The notes under the pieces: model-generated | Told to the model about the DNA's origin: nothing | Seen by the model: only the letters and a program-made list of their open reading frames with translations | The model's database searches: none | Position numbers and translations under genes: made by a program | Assembly: GCF_006345805.1 (NCBI RefSeq) | Contig: NC_043021.1 | Location: 9,920,001-9,984,000, forward strand | Source: Octopus sinensis | Lineage: Eukaryota | Length of the DNA: 64,000 nucleotides | Reading direction: 5' to 3' | Shown here: positions 12,496 through 26,989 of the stretch, in pieces | Numbering within the stretch: position 1 is the stretch's first letter | How the letters are laid out: every line of letters starts with the position of its first letter

Positions 12496-14029
12496 AAAAA
12501 GGTGTTCAGAATGCTGGATGGTTGTAAAGATATATATTTATTTACATATCACATATTATTTCTTCATATTAGCGCTTTCAACTACTCCTGTAGTTTCATC
12601 AGAAATGTCCAATATATATAAATATATATATATGCATGCATGCATATATGTTTTTTGTGTCTGTTTTCCATTGTGACACAAGTTGGGTGGTTAGCTAGGA
12701 TCCAGTGGATTAGAGGACCACGTCGTGCTCCAGTGTTTCAGTTTTTGCCTGGTTTCTATGACTGGATGGCCTTCCTAACGCCAATCACATTACAATGTGT
12801 ACTAATGGCTTTTTTTTTTCCGTGGCATCAGCACCAGTGAGGTGTACTTTGTAAGTTGCAAGAGGAAAATAGCCTCCTTGAAAGGGAGAATAGCGATCGT
12901 TTTATGTGAGAAGTAGAGAGGTTAATATATGATGTGAGGAGCAGAGACTGGTTTGTCGAGGAGATTCATGGCTACTTTGCATTTTATTTGGGTGGGTGAA
13001 GATTTTTGGTGTGGTGCTGCAGAGAGATTAATGAGGTGGCAGTAAGTACCAGAACGTGTATTCAAGGCAACATGGTCCAGAAGGTGAATAGAAGAGTGCA
13101 TGGAGACAGGGTTCTCAGCAAGGGTTGGAAGAATGAGGTGAGAGTGAAGATGGTCAGATCTATAGACGAAGTGAATGATAGTGGAGGTGGTGATCGATGG
13201 GGATTATGAGTGGGAGGATAAATAGATGTCTATTGGGTGTAGATCAGAGAGGAGGGAGTGGTGACTGGCAGTACAGAAATGGTATGAAATGATTCCCGTA
13301 GTAACAGGTGCTAATTTTATGACGTACAGCAACAGAATAATAGAATGGATAGAAGAGTGATATCGGGAGATGAAGGGTAGGGTCAAAGCTTGTAAGAGTG
13401 GTGGTGGGGGGAGTGAGAGATGGCTAAAACAAGGGTAGGGGTGAACAGTGGGAGGAGGGAATTGGTAATTGATAGGGGTGACAATGGATTTAGGAGAGGG
13501 AACTTGTTTACCTGGGTTGAGGAAGGAGAAGAAAAATGCACACAGCTGAAGTAATGGAAATGTGAGTATGCATATGACAGTCTCTCATCCAGTGTCCTTG
13601 TCAAATCTGCAATATATGTGTAGCTAAAGCCCTCCTCCCCCTTACAATACGGCATCATTGGGTCAAATGAAATTTGTTGAGGCAGATATTCTGCAGTCGG
13701 ATGCTCTTTCTCTTTTGTCAAGCCTCACAGTTTCCAAGCAAGGTAATATTTCTCCATGGCTGAACAGGTTTTCACAGAATATTTGCCAACAAACAACACC
13801 ACTAGTTTGATGGTGATACTTGTTTACAACTATTGCATGATGTAAAAACATGGAAACACACACACACACACATTTATATGGACAAGCTCCTTTCTCTTTC
13901 TTGCTACCAAATCCATCCACAAGACTTTGATTGTCCCAGGGACTATACGAGATGACAGTTTCTTAAAGTGCTGTACAATGAGACAACCTGAAACATGGTT
14001 GGAAAATCAGCTTTTCAACTCCTGATGAA

Positions 14030-14096
<67 letters not shown>

Positions 14097-14920
14097 TTGT
14101 GTGAACGTGCACTTTGCAGTGTTTGCTGTTGTCATCTGAGCACATTGTGCCTTTGAATCCTTGTTAAAATGTGATCCCTCTCTTGAAAAACAGATAAGGG
14201 TTAACATCAGGGAAGTCATCCACTTATAAAACAATACCTTAAATGACATTTGGCCAGTCCATGCAAGCATGGAAAAACGAATGTAAAATGAACAAATATA
14301 TCTTTATATATATATATTATATTACATATAATATGTATAGGGTGTGTGATCCTGTTCGGTCATGAATGACTATGGGATTGCACCTAGAAAGTTACCCTCT
14401 GAGGCACAAGTCCAGGTAAGGTTGTTTATTGAAGACCAGCAGTCACCCATGCATACCAGCCTCCCCTCTCCATGCTGCTGATGATATCCAAGTGAAAGGC
14501 AAAGGCCCATACAACTTGGCACCTGTGACATTGCAACTCATTTCTACAGCTGAGTGAACTGGAGCAACGTGAAATAAAGCATCTTGCTCAAGAACACAGC
14601 ATGCAGTCCAGTCACTCTAACCACTGAGCCATACACTTTCACTATAATATATATTATATATATATATATAAAATTTGTATGCATATATCATTTGTATATA
14701 TTATTTTCTTATATTCTTTTACTTGTTATTAGCTTGCAGCCATGCTGTCGCACTACCTTGAAGAATTTTAGTTGAATAAATCAACCCCAGTACTTTACTT
14801 TTTTAAACCTGGTACTTTATTCTATCGATCTCTCTAGGTGAACTGCTAAGTTACGGGTGTATAAATACACCAACACCTGTTCACAAGCAGTGGTGGGGAA
14901 CAGACACACAGATATACACA

Positions 14921-14960
<40 letters not shown>

Positions 14961-17900
14961 TATATACATACATGATGGGTTTTTTTTGAGTTTCTGTTCA
15001 CCAAATCCATTCAAAAGGATTTGGTCAGCCTGAGGCTATAGTAGAAGGCATTTGCACAAGGTGCCATGCAGTGGGATTGAACCTGGAATTGTGCGGTTGG
15101 GAAGCATGTTTCTTACCACACAACTACTTTTGTGCTTTAATAATATAACATATAATATAATCCAGACACATTTTTTCCTTTCATTCCTTTGTCGTAAAGT
15201 GTTGGCTTAAAATATCTAAGACTTTTCCATTCTTCCTGACCATCAAGCTAATACACTTGCTTGTTGTTCCCTCACCTGTCTTTTGTTTTCTCTACATTTG
15301 GAACATATATATATATATATATATATAATATAAAGATCATATGTTATATAATGTAGGTGCAGGCATGGCTGTGTGGTAAGTAGCTTGCTTACCAACCACA
15401 TGGTTCTGGGTTCCCACTGCATGGCACCTTGGGCAAGTGTCTTTTACTATAGCCTCGGGCTGACCAAAGCCTTGTAAGTGGATTTGATAGATGGAAACTG
15501 AAAGAAGCCCATCGTGTGTGTGTTTGTGTGTCTGTGTTTGTTACTCCACCATTGCTTTACAGCCGATGATGGTGTATGTACGTCCCTGTAACTTAACGGT
15601 TCAGTAAAAGAGACTGATAGGATAAGTACTTGGCTTACAATGTCCTGGGGTCAACTTGTTTGACTAAAGGCGGTGCTCCAGCCTGGCCACAGTCAAGTGA
15701 CTGAAACAAATAAAAGAATATGATCTTTGATTTGTTTCAGTCATTAGACTGTAGCCATGCAAGGGCACACGACTTTGAAGAATTTTCGTCAAATGAATCG
15801 ACCCTAGTACTTTAATTTTCTTTAAGCTTGTTGCTTATATGTCTCTTTTACCAAACCGTTAAGTACAGGGATGTAAAGACACCAACACCAGTTGACAGGC
15901 AGTGGAGGTGGGGACAAGCACATGTACACACATATATGATGGGCATATATATATATATATAGGGAGAATTCACAAAAAAAAAAGCAAAAGGCGAAGACAG
16001 ATGGTGTAGACAACAAACAGATGTATTAGTTTAATGCTTGGGAAGTGAAAATGTCTTTAACATTTCGAGCCTACGCTCTTCCACAGAAAGAAACAAGGAG
16101 AGAAAATAATGTGTAGTGGCTAGCGGTGCTGTTATGACTGTATGGTAAGAAGTTTGCTTCCCAACCACATGGCCTTGGGTTCAGATCCACTATGTGGTGG
16201 CACCTTGGGCAAGTGTCTTCTACCATAGCCTCAGGCTGACCAAAGCCTTGTGAATGGATTTGGTAGGCAGAAACTGAAAGAAGCCTGTCGTGTGTGTATA
16301 TATATGTACACAAAAACTATTGAAATAACATCCTATAACCTACAATCACAAGTTCTAGCTACACGATTTCGATTAGGTCCATTATTAGTGTTAGTAATTA
16401 AAGCATTATTATTTCTATTACTATAAAAAATATCTAATTTGAATTAGATATTTTTTGTAGTAATAGAAATAATAATACTTATTAACACTATTCTATCATT
16501 TCCCTTTGCCAAACTGTTAAGTTTCACAATTTTGTAAATAATAATAATGGTATTTTTTATAAGCTTAAAGCAATCACTCTGCAAATGGCTATATATATAT
16601 ATATATTTATATATACATACACACAAACTTGAGGAATGACCACTAAAGTGGACACCTAATATGCATACAGAAAAGACATATATATATATGATGATGATGA
16701 TATATATATATATATATAAAAATAATATATATTGATGTGTCACTGTTTGCCCCCCCCCCACCACCACTTGACAACCAGTGTTGGTGCGTTTATGTTCTTG
16801 TAACTTAGCAGTTTGGCAAAAGAGACTGATAGAATAAGTACCAGATAAAAGATATATATATATATTACCCATGCCAGTGGCATGTAAAAAGCACCATCAG
16901 AACGTGGCTGATGCCAGCGCCACCTGACTGGCATCCGTGTCGGTGACATGTAAAAAGCACCAACTGATCGTGGCTGTTTGGCAGCCTCTTCTGGCCCCTG
17001 TGCCGGTGACACGTAAAAAGCACCCACTACACTCACGGAGTGGTTGGTGTTAGGAAGGGCATCCAGCTGTAGAAACACTGCCAGATCAGACTGGAGTCTC
17101 CTGGCTTCCCAGACCCTGGTCGAACCATCTAACCCATGCTAGCATGGAAAACGGACGTTAAACAATGATGATGATATATAGTATACATATCTACAATTAT
17201 AATTTTAAATAATGCATTTACTATGGACTTTTTTTGAGAAAAATGTGACGTGTGGTATGCCACCAATTTTTATCTGTGTATCAAATTTGATATAATTGTA
17301 ATTTATCCACACTGGAAGATATTTGTTGAAATTTTCATTTAAAAATACCCGTTTTTCTGAAGGTTATGAGGAAACAAATCTGACCTGTGTGAGTTTTCTG
17401 AATCTCCTGACCCGGAAATTTTTGTCACCACAAATTCATATAAAATCAGAATCTAGACTATTTGAAACATATTTGTAGAAAATTTCATTAAAAAATGTCC
17501 ATTTTTCTGGAAGTTATGAGGAAACAAAATCAGTGGGGCATGCAGTTGTGAGACTAAGATCACTTTCGACTGAGTGGGGCAAAGGTAGAGAGGGAGGTGG
17601 CTCTATGCTAGGATATCAGGAGTTCAGGTATGAAAGAAAGGGCCAGAACAGAACAGGTTTCTTGCTGTAGAGGAGCTACGTGGCTACTCATATAGAAGAG
17701 TAGCTGGGAGCAACTGAGGTCGAGGTGGAAAGAGATAAAAACAGTGTTGGTGGAAGTCAGTGGGGACCCTCAAGGTACAGGGGTCAGAAGAACAGGGTAT
17801 GTAACTGGATAGAAGTTGGAGAGTGAAGAGTAGTTAGAGCTAGGGAATAGTTGAGGGGTGAAATATAATGAATGAGAAGCAAAGCTTGTGGGATGGTTGA

Positions 17901-20900
17901 TGATAAATATACATTGGAGGCAAGATAAGTAAGAGTACTGGTGACTGTTGAGATTGGGTAGCATATAAATATTGTATATGCAATATATTATAAATATGTT
18001 ATACATGTAATATAGTAATCCCGTGCCATGTCGCGGTTCACCTATCGTTTATTATTTAAGCTAACATCGATTTCTGCGTGCTGTTGTTTTGCATTTATGA
18101 TAAAATAAATATATACAAATTATAAAAAGAATTTTAAAATATATACAGTACAGTACTGTTTCTACTTCGTGAGGTGGTTTTGGAACATAACATCTGTGAT
18201 AGTCAAGGGATTACTGTATATATTTGAGATATATATGTATGTATATATATATATATATGTATATACACACACATTCACTTGCTAGGAGTTACTTGTTCCG
18301 AGAATCTGAGTGAAACTATTTAGAATAATTTTCACAATATCATGTTTGTATGTGTTTATTAAAAGAGACATATGTATGTATTTATATATACATACATATA
18401 TATATATATTAATTTCTACATTTTCCTATCTTTGCTGATGTTATTTTATTAGTTTGAATCTATGTATCTCTCTCTCTTTCTCTCATGGACTACATACACA
18501 GACAGGGTAGCCCAATACAATTCCATACAAACATATTAAATGATGGTTTGAATTCTGAGCCATATACACACTCCTGCACAAGATAATTATTACAAGATAT
18601 TACAATTGTTTCAAGTTGACAACTTTTACGAAGTGCATTGTGTGAACTATGGTTGTAGATCTATGTTTTGTGATCATTAGTAAAAAGAAACCTACTGGAA
18701 GACCATATGCATTGTGTGCGTGTGTATCTTTTAGACTTTCTGTGACTCTAAAAATACTGGAATATTTAGTTACAGCCTTTGATGTTTTAATTTCAAAGCT
18801 TTACCTTTCACCCTCCCTGTTGACACAAAGTACAGGTCAAGTGCTGAGACCAATAAGGCATTCTACTGCCTTGATTCCTTTTGATACCAGCCTGTTTGAA
18901 ATCATCTTTGATTCCATGATACAAACTTTTGTTTTAAAATTATCTAAATTAAAATCTTGTATTGAAATTCCTTGTTAATTTATGTTCTAAATACCAAAGT
19001 TATAATGGCTTGTTATTTTATTAAATTCTTCATTATTTTCAAAATCAATTGAAACAGAGTCGGTGCTTTTCAACAGAAATATTGTGACAAAGGGATTTAA
19101 AGAAAAATAATGTACTAGATACATAGTCTGAATAAGATGGGTTGATCACAGCAGGAATGCTTTTGATCATAGGTGTATACTGTTTGAGCTGACCTTGGAC
19201 TAACCAGATCAGCACAAATGTTTTATAAAGTGGTTGTGCTCTTGGTGAAGGCATCTCTATCAGAAGTTTTTGGTACATGAGATGTTTAAGCAACCCATCT
19301 GTAAAAATTGTCTTCTTGAACTGCCCTATGAACCCAGGTGTTCTAGCCATGTCTGACTATCCCTTAGTTTTGTGATATCCAGAACTGCATTGTCCAATGT
19401 CGTTTGATGTAATTTAGTCCCAGGTTTTCCCTGACTGTACAGACCTCTTATCAAAGGTGTTCTTGTTATCACTCCACATCTTGTTTTTAAGATTTGTGAT
19501 TTAAAAAACTGATTTGAGGAAGTTTTGTCTTCCCACTACCTTTAGCAGGTTGTGTAGGCATGTAGGAATGGATAGCTGCTCCCTTGTTTTTTTCGATAGC
19601 TTATTAATGTGACAGAAAATTCAGTAACATAGCCATATCAGTGAACTAAAAACAATTACTGTTGTATATCAAGCATAATAGACTTTCACATCATGTCAAC
19701 ATACATAAATAATGAATGAATTAGAGCTGTGGAGATACTAAAGTTGTTATTTATGTCAGTGCTACTTAAACAGATTCATGATCAAAGGTGTTTCAACCGT
19801 TTCAATCTTTTTCTATTCTAGACATTGTATAATGTATATTAAACTACATTATCCAGTGTCTTTTTATTTATCACATTTTAAGACGGCAGTTGTGATGTTC
19901 AAGAGAGATTCGGTTCCCCTGTTTCTTGTATATTGAATCATTGCGGCCTTCTATCTAGTTATGTATTTGAGTATACACATGCATGCATGTCTCCTGCATT
20001 ATAAAAACATTGCTTTCCTAAAATCTTAAAACTTATTTTTCATGGAAATCAGTGCTATGGTGAAATTTCAGGAAAACTTGAGGGATGCATGTAAATATAG
20101 TGGATACACACATATTTTATCAGTGTGTCCTTTTTAAAAAAAAAAAAGATTGAAGGGGTTTTATTTAAATAAGATTTGGCTGCTACTTCTAATAGTTTGA
20201 GTGACCAGGTAGTAGAAGTTCCCTTGTTTAAAGGATAAGCAACTTTAAAAAACTTTCGTTGCCTTCAACATTTTAGTATTTGACCTCTGTCTCAAGGTAC
20301 CCATGTTACTATCGTCACACCACAAAATTGTTCTATTTAGATGTTTACAATATTTAATTGGAGCTCATTCCTTCCGTAGCTACTTTATTAGTAACTTAAT
20401 ATCCATTTCCCTTTGCTAATGACACTTCTCTAATTTTTTTCTTGCTGTAACCCATTTACAAAACTGTGTCTGATATTTTTTTTTCTCAAGGTTTGATTTT
20501 CCATTTTTTTTCTTTCCATTCTAAAATTCAAAATTACCATATTTGTTATATTAATATTTTACAGACATCTATGTTGTTGCTTATCTTTGAGTACTTACAT
20601 GCTGGTGGCACGTTAAAAGCACCATTCAAGTGTGGTTGATGCCAGTACCACCTGACTAGCCCTTGTGCCGGTGGCATGTAAAAACCATCCACTACACTCT
20701 GGATTGGTTGGCGTTAGGAAGGGCATCCAGCTGTAAAAACCTTGCCAGATCAGATTGGAACCTGGTACAGCCTTCTGGCTTGCCAGTCCTCAGTCAAACT
20801 GTTCAACCCATGCCAGCAATGGTGATGATGATACACAATCACAGAATAATGCTTATTCTGAACAAATGTTTAGAAAAAACCTTTGAAATGCTTAATTTAA

Positions 20901-23900
20901 TATGGGATCTACTTTCAAGATGTAGAAGATCTGGAAAAGGGACAATTTTGTTTTTTATATTTATAATTGAATAAGATCTGAATTGTAAGAAAGTTTACAT
21001 TTGAAATTGTTTTTATATTTTTATTATAAGTTGCTGGCTTTGTTCAGTTTTGTTGTTCATACTGTCTCTTCCTGGTCTAGTCACACTGGTTAGCCATATG
21101 TAGGGCATCCAGTTGTGAAAATATACAATAAAATCTATTACGCATTGTTAATAATGCAAAATATTGCCTTGCCTTCTACATTAAGAGGATTGCTGTGGCA
21201 GGTGTAGGGTCAGTACAAGTATCGTTGTCCTCTTTTGACAACCATCAAACAATTCCACCATCATTTTTTTTTTCTTTAGCTTTATTACATATATTTAATA
21301 ATGTAGTAGCAGGAGATGCATTAAAATATCAGCCGGTTAGATGAACAATAGTCATTTGACCTGCTAGAAATAGCTTTGAAATCAAAGTGGAAGAAGAAGT
21401 CCTGCTTGATCAGGGTTGAACTGCAGCCAAATAGTTTCAGATGATGAACTAAGAAGGGAGCCTGTACTTGTCTAGACTCTGCTAGAACCCCTTAAATCAG
21501 TAGTTCTCAACAACCATTTTTTGCCTGTGAACCCCTTTGATTCCTTTTTTACTCAGGTGGGCCCTCATAACCATTCTTTATTTAAAAAAGTCTTTCTCTT
21601 TTTATAATTATTAGCAGTATCGCCCGGCGTTGCTCAGGTTTGTTTCGACCCTTTAGAATTGGAATTTTTGAAAAGTAAAAAGTTTGCATTATGTAGCTTG
21701 TTATTCTCTTTAAGTGAACATTTTTCTGGTTGAAATACACCGAAAAATGGCGACACGGCAGTAAAAAAATCGTAAAAAATAGGGATTTTCATAGAAAAAA
21801 AGCACCTTTTTGATGTAAATAATTTTTGGTCTTAACATGGTCCGATTTGAATTTTGTCTTCTACAGAATGAAGAGCAAGCCTTCTATCATGCTCTCAATT
21901 TTGGTCAGCTTGCGCCACAGGGTCTCGAAGGAGATAGTGTTAGTTGAAGGCTACCAAACCTGCCATACACAGACAACTACAGCTTTATATATATAGAGAG
22001 ATTATTAGGAATTGTTAAAATATTTTATGTATTATAGAAATATATATAAATTTATTGCACATAAACTTTAACCACAAAACCTTTTATGAACCCCCAAGGG
22101 TCATATGAACCCTGATTGAGAACTATTGCCTTAAATTGTCCTATTGTTTTGAAAGGATTTGAAAAGACTGGAAAATCATGACTGGAATACCATTGATTAA
22201 AGATTATTTGCTCACTCTACAGGTTTCAATGGAGTTATAGTCTTTTTTTTTTATTAAATGTTTCCCAAGCTGATCTTTTTATTTGTTACAAGTAACCTAC
22301 TGAAATCTTATGTAAAAGTGCATAGACTTTTTTTTATGCATCTCTGATAAATTGTTGGAGTTATTTTAACATCCAATCAGTTTTATTTCAAGTCCTAAAT
22401 ATTTATTTAAATACTTATAAACTGTAATTTGCAAGTGTTAAAATTATAGTGCATGCATATTATCCTTAACACTTGCTTCTGCTAGCTAACCTCCTTATCT
22501 TGTATAGTCTTATATACACTCCTTTCTTCTCATGGGTGTAGTTAACTAAATTATTCAACAAAGCAGCTTTACTCTTACTTAAGCACTGAATTAAGTTGAA
22601 TCTTTGACTTTTTTCTGTGTATATCAGAAATATCTATTGTAAATTTAATGCTGAAAGCAGTTTTTTTTTTTATACCAATCTATCTTTTGTTGAAGAATAT
22701 CATCATCATCATCATTGTTTAACACCTGCTTTCCATGCTAGCATGGATTGGACGGTTCGACTGGGTCTGGGAAGCCAGGAGGCTGCACCAGGCCCAGTCT
22801 GATCTGGTAGTGTTTCTACAGCTGGATGCCCTTCCTAACGCCAACCACTCCGTGAGTGTAGTGGGTGCTTTTTACGTGCCACCGGCGCAGGTGCCAGGCG
22901 AGGCTGGCAACGGCCACGATTGGTTGGTGCTTTAACGTGCCCTGTTGCAATTGTGAAGTTTATTGAGGAAATGTGACTTGCAGAAAATACCAATTCAAAT
23001 TTTTGGTTGATGTTTAACATTATTACTGGAATAACTATGAAATTTTGCAGTGAAAGGGTTAGATATAATTACCGACCTTGGTAACTTGTTAAATTCATAT
23101 TTACTGAGTTAAGATTTGAACTTGGTTGGGTAGATTTTCATTTATTTATTTTTACTTATGTTGACTTAGAATTTTAAATTTAAACTTTTGCTCCAATATT
23201 TCATATTCTTTCTACTACTGGTGCCATGTAAAAAGTACCCAGTACACTCTGTGGAGTGGTTGGTGTTAAGAAAGGCATCCAGCTAAAGAAACTAGGCCAC
23301 TTGTCAGTCTGTCCAGCCAATGCCAACATGAAAAACGGACATTAAATATTGATAATGATTTGTTGTTTGATTGGGGCTATGTTGGGAAACTGTCTTCAGT
23401 GGAGTTAGTCCAATGCATCAATCTCACTACTTTGGTACTTGCTTTTTTAATCTTGTAAGGAACAAAAGGCAACCTTTGGTATAAAGGACAGAACTAAATA
23501 CTGTTAAGATATTTTCATTTGACTTATATATGCATCCATTGATGGGTAGACAATTTCCATTTGCAACATTTCACTTGAGAGTCTATGAATGACCTGAGGC
23601 TATGGAAAACACTTGCCCAAACTAGTGAATACTGGGACTGAATTGAGATCCAAGTAGTGAAATAGGTTTTTAGCTACAAGACCATATATACTGTATGAGA
23701 ATAGTTGCTTCTTGTTACCATTTTAAGATTCTGTTTCTGGGGGATCCAGACTATATGAACCAAAAGAAAATATCTATCAATAATTTAAAGCAGTGGTTCC
23801 CAAACTTTCTCGGGCTCCACCCACTTGACATTCCTAGTGCCCTCACCCAAACTAACCATCACAATCATAGACTTCTTTCTGAAGCAAATTCGAAGCAACT

Positions 23901-26490
23901 GCCTTTCACAAATAAAAATTAACCTAATGAATTGCCACTCCATTATTGCCCCACTTTTTACATGAATCACTAACCTATTATTGCCCTACTTTTCTACAAC
24001 ACTCCTTGGAACTTTCCACCACCACCCCTCTGGGGGAAGGAAGAGGCAATTTTGCTCACTTTGGGAACCACTGATTTACAGTATTGGCAGGGCTCTTATT
24101 TGTCAAATACTTACAAGTTCAAATCTACTGGCTGTTATCATTCTGACAGCATTTATGATATTTGATCATTAGTACTAGATAATTACATTTTGAAGTGTCT
24201 GAAGTATATACACTCCCCTGCAATGCTATTGATATTCCATCTAATACTGAATGAGCTTTTAATGAGACTTTTCATCTAGCAGGGGTCTTGTTTGAGGTGA
24301 CTTGATGTTTTTTTTTTTATACCACTGTGATAAGAAGCTTGCTTCCCAACCACATGGGTTTAGGTTCAGCCCTACTGTATGGCACCTTGAGCAAGTATCT
24401 TCTACTATAGCTCCCCACCAAGGCTTTGTGAGTGTATTTGATAGATGGAAACCAAAAGAAGCCTGTCGTATATACAGGGTTGGCCTAAAGTCACCCAACA
24501 GTAAATCAAAATTCAAGGTGTGGCTGTGTGGTAAGATGCTTACTTCACAATCACATTGGTTCTGGGTTCAGTCCCATTGCATGGCACCCTGGATAAGTGT
24601 CTTCTACTATAGCCTTGGGCTGACCAAAACCTTGTGAGTGGATGGTGGATGGAAACTGGAAGAAGCCCATCATATATACCTATGTATATATCAGTGTGTG
24701 TGTTTCTGTGTTCCTATTTGTCTCCCACCACTACTAGGCAATTGGTGTTGGTGTATTTACGTCCCTGTGACATAGCAGTTCAGCAAAAGAGACCTATAGA
24801 ATAAGTACTAGGCTTAAAAAAAAATGTCTAGTGGTCGATTTGTTCAATAAAACACTTCAAGGCTGTGCCCTAGCATGGCCAGAGTCAAAATGCCTGAAAC
24901 AAGTAAAAGCTTAAAGATAATGAAGAAAGGATAGGAGATGTTAGCAAAGTTTGTGTTTGGACAAGTTTTGGAAAAGCTCATCTACATGGTATATATATAT
25001 ATATATATACATACATTGCTGTTCGGAAAAAGTCCTGAGAGTGGGAATGGAAATAGAAATTGCCAGAATGAATGCATACAGTTCTTGAGAACAAAGCAAG
25101 CTTTGCACTGTTTCAGCAGCAAAACCTCTCAATATTTGTTCAATCACTAGAATCTGTTCAGACGAACACATGCATTACAGGGAGAGAGCAAAAATGCCAC
25201 CCCACCCCAACTAACCATCACAAATATAGACTTCTTTCTGAAGCAAATTCAAAGCAACTGTATTTCATAAATAAAACATAACCTTATGAACGCATCATTT
25301 TGTTGTTTTTACATAAATCGCTATCCTATTATCGCCCCACTTCAACACCTCCTTGGAATTTTCCACCGACCCCAAGGGGGCAATACTGCCCACTTTGGGA
25401 ACCACTGGTTTAAAACAATGTGAATAAATAAGCATTACTTTAACCCTTTAGTATTTAAACCGGCCATATCTGGCCAAAATAGCTAATCTGTTTTATGTTC
25501 AAACTGACCAGATCCAGGCCCTCACACCTACCCTACAATGTTATTCTACATGAAGTAATTGCACCATCAAGATCTTGAAGATATGAGACAATGCATGATT
25601 AATTCAAATCAATGTGAATCAATAAGCGTTATGTTTGATAGAATAATCTGAACACTAAAGGGTTAAACAGAGTAATCAGAATGCTACAGGGCTATAGTGT
25701 GCTGTGCATAAAAAAAGGTTGGGGAAATCTGTGGTGGAGCTGGTTGCTTCAAAGTACAACAAAGACCTCTGCCAAATCTTCAGAATTTTTGAAACTTGTG
25801 CCAACTTTACTTCTATTTCTATTTTGGATTTGCACTGTTAAGTCTGTTAGGATCCTTATTCACCTTTAACAAGACGTTGCTTAGTTCTGGGTTAGCAGTG
25901 ATTGAGTAGATTGCATGGTCAATCAGAAACATAGCTGTGACTATCACAGACATTTGTATGTAATGTGAGAGTTGAGGGAAAATGGGTTGCTGTTTCTACC
26001 AGTCTGAGCTATTTGTGTACAATCTCCCCATTTGCTGTGACGATAGACTCTCCTTCCCATCTTTGCTTGGCAAGTAGTCTTCCCTCCCCCACTTGGGCGG
26101 TTGGGTTCTTCCCTTTCTGGTTCAATCTGTGTTTCTCCCCTTGGGTATAATACATTTAGTTTGCTGAATACTAAACGTGCTTTTGTTTTTAGGTCTTGTA
26201 ATGTTTTCTTATCTTTTTGGGTTTTGCTGTAGATTGGAATGCTGAGAGGCGGAAACAGAAGAAACGTAGTCGTTGGGGTAATGAAGAAACAGATAAAACC
26301 ATCATTCCTGGAATGCCAACTGTTATTCCTGCTAACCTTTCTGGTGATCAGGAGAAACAATATTTAGGTAGGTTTGCTTGGAAAAACTTTTTGAACTTTG
26401 GTAGAAAACAGTAATAAGGAAAATCCAGATTGTGTGTTTGTATATAAGTGTAGATGTATGCATTTGGGCATGTGTTGATGTATTTATATT

Positions 26491-26522
<32 letters not shown>

Positions 26523-26958
26523 CATACACATACATGGCTGTGTGTATGGGCATATATATGTATATATAAATATTTGCATGTGTATGTATGAGCATCTGTT
26601 TGTGTGTAATTGTGTGTGTGTGTGTATATATATATGTAAGTATGTATGCACATACACATATACACAAATGTCTAATATACTTTTATAAATGTGTATATAA
26701 TGCATATATATGAGGGTACATAAATACATGTTAGTGAGTGTGTATAATAAAGATTTATGCAAGTGTATATATTGTGTATTCAAACGTGAGTAAAACATAG
26801 ATTTATGTGTGTATATATGTATGCAATAATTCTCATACATAAATTTCTTTATATTTAATGGAGCTATATTTTTTAGTTAGTTGGAATAAATATTGAGGTA
26901 CTGGTAAGTTTGTCTGTCATATGGTGTTGTAGTTGCTTCCCTTTCAGAGTCTTGTAAG

Positions 26959-26989
<31 letters not shown>

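Noticed and set aside
12850-13720. Purine-rich repeat (also about 17560-17940 and 42840-43560) as a LINE RT remnant; ORF 13383-13721
   Set aside because: Only a vague YIADL / FSSPSSTQ resemblance; too degenerate to assign.
20771-20793. Minus-strand CTGAGGA-CTGGC-AA-GCCAG as a hammerhead
   Set aside because: Followed by AAGG rather than GAAA; no stems I or III; part of the family-C repeat.
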